Assembly: GCA_964428815.1 (NCBI GenBank)
Contig: CAYSAC010000002.1
Span: forward strand, 5,062 to 69,061
Direction of reading: 5' to 3'
Length of the DNA: 64,000 nt
From: an uncultured Acidimicrobiaceae bacterium
GTDB taxonomy: Bacteria > Actinomycetota > Acidimicrobiia > Acidimicrobiales > CAYSAC01
Both the position numbers and the translations under genes were made by a program. The stretch's first letter is position 1. Every line of letters starts with the position of its first letter. Under the pieces are notes generated by a model. That model was given only the letters and a program-made list of their open reading frames with translations. It was not told where the DNA came from and ran no database searches. This document shows positions 19,144 through 28,505 of the stretch, piece by piece.

Positions 19144-20223
19144 ATGACCCATGCGTTCTGCTGGCCCGAGGTACGCCGAGGAGCCGAACGGCTCGTCGCC
19201 GAGCTCTCGCGGGCGCTGGCTCGTCTCGGCCATGACGTCACCGTCCTCACGAGCGCGTTCGAGCCGGGGACTTCTTCGACGTCAGGCGTGCGCGAGGTGC
19301 GCCTTCGCCGCCGCCACGCAGACGTCATACGGGCCGAAGGCGCGTTCGGGCGTCGGATACTGCCCGCGCTCCTCGGTGGTCATTTCGATGTCGTGCACTC
19401 CTACGGTCGCCACGACGGTGTCGCCTCGTTGCGGGCGGCGCGCGTACGCCGCGGTCGGGCGACTGTCCACACCGACATCGGCATCCCGCTTCGCTCCCAG
19501 TGGGAGACCTTGGGCGCGGAGGCCCGGTACGCCGAGCGGGTGATCCGAGAGGTCGACGCGTACGCGTGCATGTCTCAGTACAGCCTGGGGATCCTGCAGC
19601 GCGACTACGGCAGGAGCGGGGTGCTCCTTCCAGGCGGGGTCGACCTCGAGCGGTTCTGTCCGGCCGAGCGGCGTAGCGAGCACCCCACCATCCTCTATTC
19701 CGGTGCGATCGACGAACCGCGCAAGGGGGTGGCGACGCTGCTCGAGGCCTTGCCCCTCATCGCCGCCAAGGAGCCGGACGTGCGACTGGTGCTGAGCGGT
19801 CCCGGTGACGCGGCGCCGTTGCTTGCCGCTGCGCCAGCGGCTGCGAGAGGGCGAACGGATGTCCTCTCCACCGGGACGCTCGAGGACCAACCGGCGCGCT
19901 ATGGCAGGGCGTGGACGTGCGCGCTCCCGTCGGAGAACGACACGTTCGGACTCGTGCTGGTCGAGGCGCTCGCTTGCGGGACCCCTGTGGTTGCCGCCAA
20001 CAACGCGGCGCTCCCAGAGCTCGTCTCACCCGGTGTGACCGGTTCGCTGTGCGAGTACCGCGATGTGCAGAGCGTCGCGACAGCGTGCCTCGACGCGATC
20101 GCGCTTGCGCGCCGCGAGGAGACAGCGGAGGCGTGCCGGGAGTCGGCCAAGCCGTACGACTGGCTCACCGGGGTCGCGCCCCGCTGCATTGCGATCTACG
20201 AGGACGCGCTCTCGGGCCGGTAG
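19144..20223 (+). CDS. GT4-family glycosyltransferase
   Basis: Track ORF 18706..20223 trimmed to the ATG at 19144 (MTHAFCWPEVRRGAERLVAELSRALARLGHDVTVLT). ENDTFGLVLVEALACGTPVVAANNAALPELV. Confidence 0.85.
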   Translation: MTHAFCWPEVRRGAERLVAELSRALARLGHDVTVLTSAFEPGTSSTSGVREVRLRRRHADVIRAEGAFGRRILPALLGGHFDVVHSYGRHDGVASLRAARVRRGRATVHTDIGIPLRSQWETLGAEARYAERVIREVDAYACMSQYSLGILQRDYGRSGVLLPGGVDLERFCPAERRSEHPTILYSGAIDEPRKGVATLLEALPLIAAKEPDVRLVLSGPGDAAPLLAAAPAAARGRTDVLSTGTLEDQPARYGRAWTCALPSENDTFGLVLVEALACGTPVVAANNAALPELVSPGVTGSLCEYRDVQSVATACLDAIALARREETAEACRESAKPYDWLTGVAPRCIAIYEDALSGR

Positions 20224-20996
20224 GCAAGCTCGTCCGGCCACACGTCGACTAGCCGGTAGCCGGCGGCGCGCAGCAGCGCCTCGATCGCGCGGTACCGAGG
20301 CCCGAGGAGGTGCTTCTTCTCGTAGATGAGGTAGCGCGGTGCCCACGGCGCTCCCATGTCGATCTGGCGGATGATCTCGTCGTCGAAGCCCTCGGCATCG
20401 ATGTGGAGCACATCGATCGAGCGCACGTCCCACCGCTCGAGGAGCGACGGCAGTCGAGCGCTCTCGACCTCGGTCGGCACGATCCGGTTCTCGAGATCCG
20501 GTAGGGCGTACGCGTGGCGGAGGACGACCTCACGATCGAGCGACGCGATCTGCGTGACCCACGCGGGGTCGCCGGGTTCGGGTCGTACCTCGTAGATCGT
20601 CGTGCTGCCGTCTTCGTCACCGATCGCAACGTTTGCGGTCCGGACGCCGGGCGCGTCGCGGTAGTTCGCGGTGAGCTGCTCGAAGAGCCGTGGGATGGGT
20701 TCGACGGCGAGGCCGGTCCAGCCCTCGGCGAGCACGGTCTCGAAGAGGGGATCGTTGGCAACGCCGTCGTTCGAGCCGATCTGGACGAAGTGCAGGGGAC
20801 CGCTCGACCGCTTCGCCAGCTCCCGAACGACGCTCTCTGCGTTCCACGCGCACAAGCGACACCAGATCTGCCACGGCACGTGCGCTGTCAGCCAGCGTTG
20901 GTCGGCCAGCCATGGCTTGACCGAGAACTGCCACCGAAGGCGCGTCGCGAATCGGGCCTTTTGGATGCGAGCGACGGCGTGCTCGAGCCGGGTCAC
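20196..20996 (-). CDS. FkbM-family methyltransferase
   Basis: FVQIGSNDGVANDPL, VAIGDEDGSTTIYEV, IDVLHIDAEGFDDEII (Methyltransf_21 pattern). The GTG at 20996 overlaps the upstream TGA. Confidence 0.8.
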   Translation of the reverse strand: MTRLEHAVARIQKARFATRLRWQFSVKPWLADQRWLTAHVPWQIWCRLCAWNAESVVRELAKRSSGPLHFVQIGSNDGVANDPLFETVLAEGWTGLAVEPIPRLFEQLTANYRDAPGVRTANVAIGDEDGSTTIYEVRPEPGDPAWVTQIASLDREVVLRHAYALPDLENRIVPTEVESARLPSLLERWDVRSIDVLHIDAEGFDDEIIRQIDMGAPWAPRYLIYEKKHLLGPRYRAIEALLRAAGYRLVDVWPDELAYRPESASS

Positions 20997-22183
20997 AGGA
21001 ACCCGGCGAGGTCGACGCCAGGAATCGATGCGAGGTCAAGCGATCGGAGGACCCGTTGCCCCGTCTGTGACCATGTGAGCTCGGCCGACCGGTCGTGGGC
21101 GGCGGCTCCGAGCGCCCGGGCCGCGTCGGGATCGCACATCTGCCGCATGGCCGCGAAGATGCTGTCGTCGTCGTAGGGGTCGACGAGGATGCCGCCGGAC
21201 CCCACCGAGTCTGCAGTGCCGCCGATCGACCCGGCGATGCTCGGCAACCCCGTGGCGGCGGCCTCGACGTACACGATGCCGAACGGTTCGAAGAGCGACG
21301 GCAGGACGAAGCACGTCGCCTGGCCGAACAGCTCCTCGATTCGTCGCCGGCCGGCCGGGTCCGACACCTCGACGAGCCCGTGGCCGGTGACGCCGGCGAC
21401 GTCGAGGTGCGGGTGGTCGCCGACGACGTCGAGCCGGGCTGCGGGCACATCCCGGCGCAGCTTGGTGAACGCTCGCACCACGGCGTCGCCGTTCTTGCGC
21501 GGCCAGTCGCGACCGACGAAGAGGAACCGCGGCTGTGACCAGTCGCGGTCGGCGGGAGGCGGCAGGTCGACGTTGCGTCCGTAGCCGACGACGTGGATCT
21601 TGCCGGCATCGATCCCGTGGTCGCGGACGAGGGAGTCGGCAGCCCACCTGCTCGCGACGCAGCAGCCATAGGCCTTCTCGTAGACCGGCTGCTGCCGGCG
21701 CGCGACCCATTGGATCTGGCGCGGACCCGCTCCGGGGAAGCCGAGCGCTCCACCCCACCGCAACGCCGCCCCTTCCAGCTGGGATGGCGACATCTCGAAC
21801 AACGTCACGTACCTGCCGCCGACGATCTGCCCGTAGCCCCCGACGAAATGGACCCACCCGTCGACATCTGGTGGCGAGGTCATCCGGTGCGCCGCGTCGG
21901 AGATGCGGGCAAGCGCTCGCATCCCCCTGCTCAGAGTCCATCCCTCGACTCGGTTGCGCCTGACCGCCCAGCGGTGGAGCGCGCGGCCCGCGGGTGCCCA
22001 TGGCGTCGCGTTCCGGAAGCCGGCGTAGACGCCCAAGCGACGGAGCTCGTGGACGACGCCGCGGGGGACACCGGACCACACGAGAGGATCCTCAGGGTCG
22101 AACCACGCGGCGGCAACACCGACCTTGGGCAGGGTGACACCTCCCAGGGCGTCCGCAGGGGACTGAGAACGAGCCGTGCCCAC
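20993..22183 (-). CDS. GT-B (GT4/GT1-like) glycosyltransferase
   Basis: FLFVGRDWPRKNGDAVVRAF ... LPSLFEPFGIVYVEAAATGLPSIAGSIGGTADSVG. Confidence 0.75.
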   Translation of the reverse strand: MGTARSQSPADALGGVTLPKVGVAAAWFDPEDPLVWSGVPRGVVHELRRLGVYAGFRNATPWAPAGRALHRWAVRRNRVEGWTLSRGMRALARISDAAHRMTSPPDVDGWVHFVGGYGQIVGGRYVTLFEMSPSQLEGAALRWGGALGFPGAGPRQIQWVARRQQPVYEKAYGCCVASRWAADSLVRDHGIDAGKIHVVGYGRNVDLPPPADRDWSQPRFLFVGRDWPRKNGDAVVRAFTKLRRDVPAARLDVVGDHPHLDVAGVTGHGLVEVSDPAGRRRIEELFGQATCFVLPSLFEPFGIVYVEAAATGLPSIAGSIGGTADSVGSGGILVDPYDDDSIFAAMRQMCDPDAARALGAAAHDRSAELTWSQTGQRVLRSLDLASIPGVDLAGFL

Positions 22184-22375
22184 TAGTGGCAGCGCGGCTC
22201 TGTGAGGCTGGGACCGAGCGACGCCGTCGTGTACCGGAGGTGCGATGGGCCCCTTCGGAGGGGCGGGCGCGACATGGCGATCATGCTAAGCGGCGATCGA
22301 CCACGTCCGATCCGCTCTACGCGGCTGCCGACATCGCTCGTCGTCTGACGCCAGATCGGCTGGCATGCTGTCGCG

Positions 22376-23101
22376 GTGACCAGACCGGACCGTGCGACGA
22401 GGGGTATGCGCGAGTACTGGGACGCGCGCGCCCGCGAGAACGCAGCGTGGTACGTCGATACGAGCTTGTCGTACGACGACCCCGACATGCAGCGCTTCTT
22501 CGCGAACGGCGAGGTGATCGTCGACGAGGCGCTGCGCGAAGCGCTATCGCTCCCCAACGGGGGACATCTCGCGGTTGAGATCGGTTCCGGTCTCGGCCGC
22601 CTGTGCAAAGCCCTTGCGCCACGGTTCGACCGGGTGGTCGGTGTGGACATCTCACCCACGATGGTCGAGCGTGCGCAGGTCCTCGTCGAGGATCCGAACG
22701 TCTCGTTCGTGCTCGGCGACGGGAGCTCGATCGTCGGGGTCGCAGATGGCGAGGCTGATCTCGTCTTGTCCTTCACGGTCTTCCAGCACATCCCGTCGGT
22801 CGCGGTCATTGACGGCTACCTGCGCGACGCGGGTCGCGTGCTCCGACCTGGTGGGCTTCTCGTGTTCCAGTGGAACAACGAGAAGGGCGCGGTGCGCTGG
22901 CGGCTGAGGCGGTGGTGGTTGGCGCTCTTGCAGCGGACGCGCGTCCGTCCAGAGCGCTACATGCGCCATGCTCCCGAGTTCCTCGGCAGCCGAGTGCCTG
23001 TCGCGCGGATCGAACGAGCGCTCACATCGGCCGGCTTCGAGCTCTTGACGACCAAGGGTACCGGGACGCTGTACGCCTGGGCCTGGGCGCGCCTCCGCTG
23101 A
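22376..23101 (+). CDS. Class I SAM-dependent methyltransferase
   Basis: AVEIGSGLGRLCKALAPRFDRVVGVDISPTMV, LVLSFTVFQHIP, LRPGGLLVFQW. An ATG at 22406 (MREYWDARAREN), preceded by GAGGGG, is an equally good start. Confidence 0.8.
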   Translation: MTRPDRATRGMREYWDARARENAAWYVDTSLSYDDPDMQRFFANGEVIVDEALREALSLPNGGHLAVEIGSGLGRLCKALAPRFDRVVGVDISPTMVERAQVLVEDPNVSFVLGDGSSIVGVADGEADLVLSFTVFQHIPSVAVIDGYLRDAGRVLRPGGLLVFQWNNEKGAVRWRLRRWWLALLQRTRVRPERYMRHAPEFLGSRVPVARIERALTSAGFELLTTKGTGTLYAWAWARLR

Positions 23102-23114
23102 CCGCAGGACTCCT

Positions 23115-24335
23115 TTAACGAAGAGCGGGAGGATCTTCATTCGTTGTGCTCAGGCGGCCGCCTAGATCAGCGACACCCGTGACGCTGGAGCGGCCGGTGA
23201 CGAAGAAGAGGATGGGCGGTGGCGGGACGGCAATCTTCGGGAAGGAAGGCGAGCCCAGCCCTACGTGGAGTGAGTATGACCCCGTCGCCAGCGCAACGGT
23301 GCACGAGATCCGCACCCGCAGCGATCCAGTGCCGGTGAAGCCTTCAAGCTCGTCGAGCAGCCACCGTTCGCCGTAGGCATGGACGCCTGACCCCGTGACG
23401 AGAGCGAGCCCGAGGATCGGTCTGTCGACCTTCTCGCGCATCGTGATCGATGCCTCGACGGTCATCGGGTCACCTGTCGCAAGGTGGCGGGTCGGCTCGC
23501 CGTCGAGTCCCACGAGCACGACGTCCTGAAGGTCGGCGGCGTCGATCGTCGCAGGCCCGGGCATCTCTACGGCATCGTTGGCATCGTCGATGTCGCGCGG
23601 CTCTCCGAGGAGCTCGTGGTAGGTCGACAGCGCCTCGACGGTGTCGCCGTCGTAGCGCACTGCGCCGTCGTGGATGACTATGGCTCGGTCGCAGAGCCGT
23701 CGTACGGCGTTCAGGTTGTGGGTGACGATGACGACTGTCGTACCCGACTCGCGCAACCGCTCCATGCGATCGAAGCACTTGAGCTGGAACGCGAGGTCAC
23801 CTACGGCGAGCACCTCGTCGATCAGCAGGACATCTGGATCCGCCATCGCAGAGACCGAGAACCCGAGGCGGACGAACATCCCCGATGAGTAGAACTTCAC
23901 AGGTGTGTCGAGGAAGTCCCCAATCTCGGCGAACGCCACGATCTCGTCGAAGCGTTCGTCGATCTGCTGGCGCGACAGCCCGAGGATCGCCCCGTTGACG
24001 TACACGTTCTCCCGACCAGTGAGCTCGGGATGGAAGCCCACACCGACGGAGATGAGCGGCGCGACGCGGCCCCGGACCTTGACCACGCCTTCGGTTGGTG
24101 CGGTGACGCCGGCCAGCATCTGCAGCAGGGTCGACTTGCCCGATCCGTTGCGCCCGATGATGCCGACGCAGTTGCCCCGCGCGATCTGGAAGCTCGCGTC
24201 GCGCAGGGCCCAGAGCGAGCTGCGCTTGGTCCGGTTGCGCAGGCGAAACAACCGGCTCACGAGCATCGGCGTGTCCTCGTACTTCACGTAGCGCTTGCCC
24301 ACGCCCGCGACGTCGATCGCGATCTGCTCGGTCAC
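23115..24335 (-). CDS. Polysaccharide-export ABC transporter ATP-binding protein (Wzt/TagH-like) with an extra ~160-aa C-terminal domain
   Basis: Walker A GRNGSGKSTLL, signature YSSGMFVRLGF, Walker B LLIDEVLAVGD. About 160 further residues follow the NBD. The GTG at 24335 overlaps the permease stop (GTGA). Confidence 0.85.
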   Translation of the reverse strand: MTEQIAIDVAGVGKRYVKYEDTPMLVSRLFRLRNRTKRSSLWALRDASFQIARGNCVGIIGRNGSGKSTLLQMLAGVTAPTEGVVKVRGRVAPLISVGVGFHPELTGRENVYVNGAILGLSRQQIDERFDEIVAFAEIGDFLDTPVKFYSSGMFVRLGFSVSAMADPDVLLIDEVLAVGDLAFQLKCFDRMERLRESGTTVVIVTHNLNAVRRLCDRAIVIHDGAVRYDGDTVEALSTYHELLGEPRDIDDANDAVEMPGPATIDAADLQDVVLVGLDGEPTRHLATGDPMTVEASITMREKVDRPILGLALVTGSGVHAYGERWLLDELEGFTGTGSLRVRISCTVALATGSYSLHVGLGSPSFPKIAVPPPPILFFVTGRSSVTGVADLGGRLSTTNEDPPALR

Positions 24336-25237
24336 AGCAGGTCGACGAACAGCCGGTCGAACCGTCGGTGGAGGTACACACCGATGACGAGCAGGCAGAC
24401 GCACCACCCGCCTGTCCAGAGGAGGGAGGTTGTCCAGCCCGGGTCAGCGCCGACCGTCGCTGCTCGGAAGGCCTCGACGATGCCGGTCACCGGGTTCGCC
24501 TCGATCCAGGGCCGAACCCGCCCGATCGCACTAAGCGGGTAGATCACGGGGGTGAGGTACAACCAGATGAGCAGGGCGGCCTGCACGAGGTAGCGGACAT
24601 CCCGGAAGTACACGTGAAGAGCCGAGAGCACGAGGGCGAAGCTGCCACCCAGGAGGAGCGGCAGCGCCATCGCTGGCAGCAACAGCAGCGTCCTGGGACC
24701 GATGCCGACGCCCGTGACGATCGTGGCCGCTATCAGCACAGCAACGCTGATCGCGAGACCGTAGGCAGCGGTCCACACCGTCACCAGCGGGAGGACCACC
24801 CGTGGGAAGTAGATCTTCGTCGTGAGACCTGCACCGTCGACGATGGAGGTTGCCCCGCCACTGATGATGCCGCTGAACGTGGCCCATGCGACGGTGCCCG
24901 ACAGCACGAACACGGCGTAGTCGCTGCCGGTCGCGAACTTGGCGATGCGGGGCACCACGAACGCAAGAGTTAACGCTTGAAGGAGCGGGAGCGCCGCCGC
25001 CCAGAGCAGCCCGAAGGACGCGCGCCGGTACCGGACGTAGAAGTCCTTGCGCGCAAGGATCGCTATGAGCTGGCGCGATCGCCAGGCAGAGGACAGCATG
25101 CTGCCCAACGATGGACGGCCGCCGTCGAGCGAGAAGCCCGCGGACGCGACCTCGTGGAACTCGTCGCTCTGCGCTCGTCCCCCGGTCGGTGCTGCGGCGG
25201 TCTCGCTCGTCGTCGGATCATCTGGTGTGGCAGGCAT
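24332..25237 (-). CDS. ABC-2-type polysaccharide-export permease (Wzm/TagG-like)
   Basis: LIAILARKDFYVRYRRASFGLLWAAALPLL, typical of ABC-2 exporters, followed by 6 hydrophobic helices. Translationally coupled to the ATPase. Confidence 0.8.
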   Translation of the reverse strand: MPATPDDPTTSETAAAPTGGRAQSDEFHEVASAGFSLDGGRPSLGSMLSSAWRSRQLIAILARKDFYVRYRRASFGLLWAAALPLLQALTLAFVVPRIAKFATGSDYAVFVLSGTVAWATFSGIISGGATSIVDGAGLTTKIYFPRVVLPLVTVWTAAYGLAISVAVLIAATIVTGVGIGPRTLLLLPAMALPLLLGGSFALVLSALHVYFRDVRYLVQAALLIWLYLTPVIYPLSAIGRVRPWIEANPVTGIVEAFRAATVGADPGWTTSLLWTGGWCVCLLVIGVYLHRRFDRLFVDLL

Positions 25238-25308
25238 GTGATCGCAGCCAGGTTGCCACAGACATCGCGTCAGGCTCGGAATCGACGAGCCACCGATAAT
25301 CTCCGGGG

Positions 25309-26241
25309 GTGGCAGAGGTCGATGTCGGTGTGGTGACCTTCAACACGCGAGACCTCACCGTGACTGCGCTGCAACGACTGCTGGCGACGACGACCAGAAG
25401 CACGATGCGGGTGCTCATCCACGACAACGCGTCAATCGATGGAACCGTCGACTCGCTGCGTGGGCAGGTGCCTGGTGTGGACATCGTCGCCTGCCCACAC
25501 AACCTCGGATTCGCGGCAGGGATGAACCGTCTCATCGCGCGATCGACCGCACCCTGGTTCCTCGCCCTCAACTCGGACGCTTGGCCGGAGCCCGGTGCGA
25601 TCGACGCACTCGTCGCTGCGGGGGAAGCGAACCCCTCCGCAGCCGCGATCGCGCCGCTGCTCTTGCGCCCCGATGGCTCGCTCGAGCACTCGACGCACGC
25701 CTTCCCGTCACTCAGCGTCGCGGCGATCACCGCGATCGGCGGCTACCGCACGCTGTGGCCACGTCTGTCGAATCGGCTGGGCTTGGTAGGTGCGTGGCAC
25801 CACGACGAGCCTCGTGATGTGGACTGGGCCGTGGGCGCGGCGTTGCTGATGCGCCGGTCAGCGATCGACGCCGTTGGTGGCTTCGACGAATCCTTCTTCA
25901 TGTACGCCGAGGATCTCGAATGGTGCTGGCGCGTGCGCGCTGCCGGCTGGACCATCCGGTTCGAGCCCGCCGCGGTGGTGCGCCATGTGGGGAACGCCTC
26001 GGGGACGCAGAACTATGGGAGCCAGCGTACCCGTGCCCACATCCACAACAGCTACCGCTTCTATCGCCGCGCTCATGGGCGGGTGGGCACGCTCGCCTAC
26101 CGTGCGCTGAGCGTCGGCGGTTGCGGTCGGTTGTACCTCCTGGCTCGCCTGCGAGGCGACAAGGGTGCACGCACCGAATGGGCGGATCACCTCCGGGCTC
26201 ACCTCAGCAGGGTGCCATCAACCGACGGACCACCCGTCTGA
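25309..26241 (+). CDS. GT2-family glycosyltransferase (WbbL/rhamnosyltransferase-like)
   Basis: VDVGVVTFNTRDLTVTAL, IHDNASIDGT, HNLGFAAGMN, GAALLMRRSAIDAVGGFDESFFMYAEDLEWCWR. Confidence 0.85.
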   Translation: MAEVDVGVVTFNTRDLTVTALQRLLATTTRSTMRVLIHDNASIDGTVDSLRGQVPGVDIVACPHNLGFAAGMNRLIARSTAPWFLALNSDAWPEPGAIDALVAAGEANPSAAAIAPLLLRPDGSLEHSTHAFPSLSVAAITAIGGYRTLWPRLSNRLGLVGAWHHDEPRDVDWAVGAALLMRRSAIDAVGGFDESFFMYAEDLEWCWRVRAAGWTIRFEPAAVVRHVGNASGTQNYGSQRTRAHIHNSYRFYRRAHGRVGTLAYRALSVGGCGRLYLLARLRGDKGARTEWADHLRAHLSRVPSTDGPPV

Positions 26242-26280
26242 GTCAAGAGGGCGTGGCCGTCCCCTTGGAGCTGGTAGCCG

Positions 26281-26940
26281 TCAACCCGGGTGTTCGAGGG
26301 GAGGTGGCGGGTCGCCTACCTGATCGTGAGCCTCGGTCTGCCCACCGCGTCCGAACGGCACACGTCTCGCAGGGTTGCCGCTCACGAGGGTGTGTGGTGG
26401 AACGTCTCGGTTCACGACGGAGTTCGGCGCGATGACCGAGCACGCACCGATCGTGATCGAGCCGACCAGGACACAGTTGTTGCCGATCCAGGCCCCGGTC
26501 TCGATGCGTAGGGGACCTCCGAGTATCAACGGCGTCGCCCAGGGCGGCGAACCGTCCTCCGCCGCCTGCCAGTCATGCATGCTGTCGGCGATCGTGCACC
26601 CGTGCCCGATGCCGGAGCGCGGTTCCAACACGATGCCGTTGAGCGCGACGAAGCGCGCGTTGTGACCGATGATGCAGCCGTCGCCGATCTCGAGCACCAC
26701 CTGGCCGTACGGCGCGAGTGCCTCGATGCAGAGGTAGGACCTGATCTCGACGTTCTCGCCGATCGCCACGCTGCCAGGGTTGTGGAGGGCCACCCAGGGG
26801 TGGTCGATGTGCGAGCCGGCGCCGAACCGCGCGAAGCGGTGAGCGAGCGGGTCGCCGGCGCGGACGGTGAGGAGTCGGTGGCCACGCCGCTCGACGGCTT
26901 CGGCCAATGGTTGTAGCCAACGACGCAGGCGGGCCTTCAT
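26281..26940 (-). CDS. Left-handed beta-helix (hexapeptide-repeat) acyl/acetyltransferase
   Basis: Hexapeptide repeats IGENVEIRSY, IGDGCIIGHN, IETGAWIGNNCVLVGSITIGACSVIAPNSVV, then PPHTLVSGNPARRV. The ATG at 26940 overlaps the upstream TGA (ATGA). Confidence 0.8.
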   Translation of the reverse strand: MKARLRRWLQPLAEAVERRGHRLLTVRAGDPLAHRFARFGAGSHIDHPWVALHNPGSVAIGENVEIRSYLCIEALAPYGQVVLEIGDGCIIGHNARFVALNGIVLEPRSGIGHGCTIADSMHDWQAAEDGSPPWATPLILGGPLRIETGAWIGNNCVLVGSITIGACSVIAPNSVVNRDVPPHTLVSGNPARRVPFGRGGQTEAHDQVGDPPPPLEHPG

Positions 26941-28505
26941 TGCCGCAGAGTACGGCTCACGACAGCCTGGAGCGCTTGGCGGTCGACCTTCCCGGTTGAC
27001 GTCTGGGGCAGCGCCTCCACGGCGATGATCGTCCCTGGGATCATGTAGCGAGGAAGGTGAGCGGCACAGTGGCGCTTCACCTCTGTCGGATCGACCGGCT
27101 CGGTGGTCGCCAGGACGGCGACAAGTGCGTTGCCGATCCGTTCGTCCGGGACGGGCACGACCACTGCCTCACGCACCGCGGGGTGTGATGTGAGAGCGGT
27201 CTCGATCTCACCCAACTCGATGCGATACCCGCGGCTCTTTACTTGATGATCGCGGCGTCCGAGGAATTCGAAAGACTCGCCGGGCAGCCGGCGGACGAGG
27301 TCGCCGGTGCGGTATGTGGGGTCCGGGAACCGGTCGTGCAGCGGGTTCTGACGCAGCGCCCGTGCGGTGCGCTCGGTGTCGCCCCAGTACCCCTGCATGA
27401 GGGTGGGTCCGCGGACCCAGAGCTCCCCGACCGCACCGACGGGCGTAGGCGACAGCTCGTCGTCGAGCGCGAACACCTCCTGATTCTCACACGCGACGCC
27501 AATCGGCAATGGACGGTCGTCCTCGAGATCGCCGTCGACGACGTAGTAGGTACAGACGTTGGTCTCGGTCGGTCCGTAGAGGTTCGCCAACACTGCGTGT
27601 GGTACGAGCGAACGCAGGCGTTGAAGGTGCTTGATCGGAAAGACCTCGCCCGCGAACAGCACCACACGAAGGCTGCGTAGGTCGTCTGCGCTCGCGCCAT
27701 CGACCAGCAACGTGAGGGCCGACGGCGTGGAGTACCAGACCGTGACACCGGTCTCGCGGATGGCGTTGGCCATCCCGGCGCCGAAGCCCGTCTCGTACGG
27801 TGCCAGCAGCCGCACCATCGCTCCGGCGAGAGCGGCGCCATACAGGTCGAACACCGACAAGTCGAAGTGAAAGGGTGCATGGTTGGCGAGCCGGTCGTCG
27901 CGACATACCTGGAACCGATCGACGGCCCACTCCGCGAACGCCAGCGCGTTCCGGTGGGTCAGCATCACCCCCTTGGGAGCGCCGGTCGAACCTGACGTGT
28001 AGAGCAGGTAGGCGAGATCTGTTTCCGAACCGTTGCGGAGGTCCGTTGGGGTGACCTGCTCGACATCCACCCACGACACCGCGGCATCGGCGAGGTCGGC
28101 CGACAGGCTGAGGATCTGCGTGCCCTCTTGGAGCGGGGCCAGCGCGTCTTGCACGTTCGGGTTGTCGGTGCACACGACTCGACAACCGGCATCAGCCACG
28201 ATGCGCGAGCCGCGTGCTGGTGGCGACTGCGGGTCAACGGGTACATAGGCGGCGCCGGTGCCGAGGATCCCGTAGAGCGCTGCGACCGCCGCGGTCGATT
28301 TCGCAGACCAAATCGCGACACGATCTCCGGGGTGCACGCCAAGCTCGGTGAGCGCCGCCGCGACCTGTGCGGACCGGGTGGCCAGATCGCCGTACGTGAG
28401 CGTCCCGTCGGCTGCCGAAACTGCGAGCCGATCGGGGTCATCCTCGGCGGCACGCAGCATCGCGCCGTGCAGGGTGAAGACCGCCCGCCCGCCCGCTGAC
28501 GTCAC
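26937..28505 (-). CDS. Free-standing adenylation enzyme (ANL superfamily; DltA/PltF-like carrier-protein ligase)
   Basis: A3 LAYLLYTSGSTGAPKGV, A4 FDLSVFDLYGAAL, A5 NLYGPTETNV, A7 YRTGD, A8 GRRDHQVKSRGYRIELGEIE, A10 PQTSTGKVDR. No C, T or TE domain is fused. The GTG at 28505 overlaps the upstream TGA. Confidence 0.85.
   Translation of the reverse strand: MTSAGGRAVFTLHGAMLRAAEDDPDRLAVSAADGTLTYGDLATRSAQVAAALTELGVHPGDRVAIWSAKSTAAVAALYGILGTGAAYVPVDPQSPPARGSRIVADAGCRVVCTDNPNVQDALAPLQEGTQILSLSADLADAAVSWVDVEQVTPTDLRNGSETDLAYLLYTSGSTGAPKGVMLTHRNALAFAEWAVDRFQVCRDDRLANHAPFHFDLSVFDLYGAALAGAMVRLLAPYETGFGAGMANAIRETGVTVWYSTPSALTLLVDGASADDLRSLRVVLFAGEVFPIKHLQRLRSLVPHAVLANLYGPTETNVCTYYVVDGDLEDDRPLPIGVACENQEVFALDDELSPTPVGAVGELWVRGPTLMQGYWGDTERTARALRQNPLHDRFPDPTYRTGDLVRRLPGESFEFLGRRDHQVKSRGYRIELGEIETALTSHPAVREAVVVPVPDERIGNALVAVLATTEPVDPTEVKRHCAAHLPRYMIPGTIIAVEALPQTSTGKVDRQALQAVVSRTLRQ

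Noticed and set aside
22184-22375. 192-bp intergenic region upstream of the methyltransferase gene as a possible riboswitch or sRNA
   Set aside because: It has only short imperfect hairpins (for example GGGCCCCTTCGGAGGGGC) and no recognisable SAM or other riboswitch core. It is most simply a divergent promoter region.
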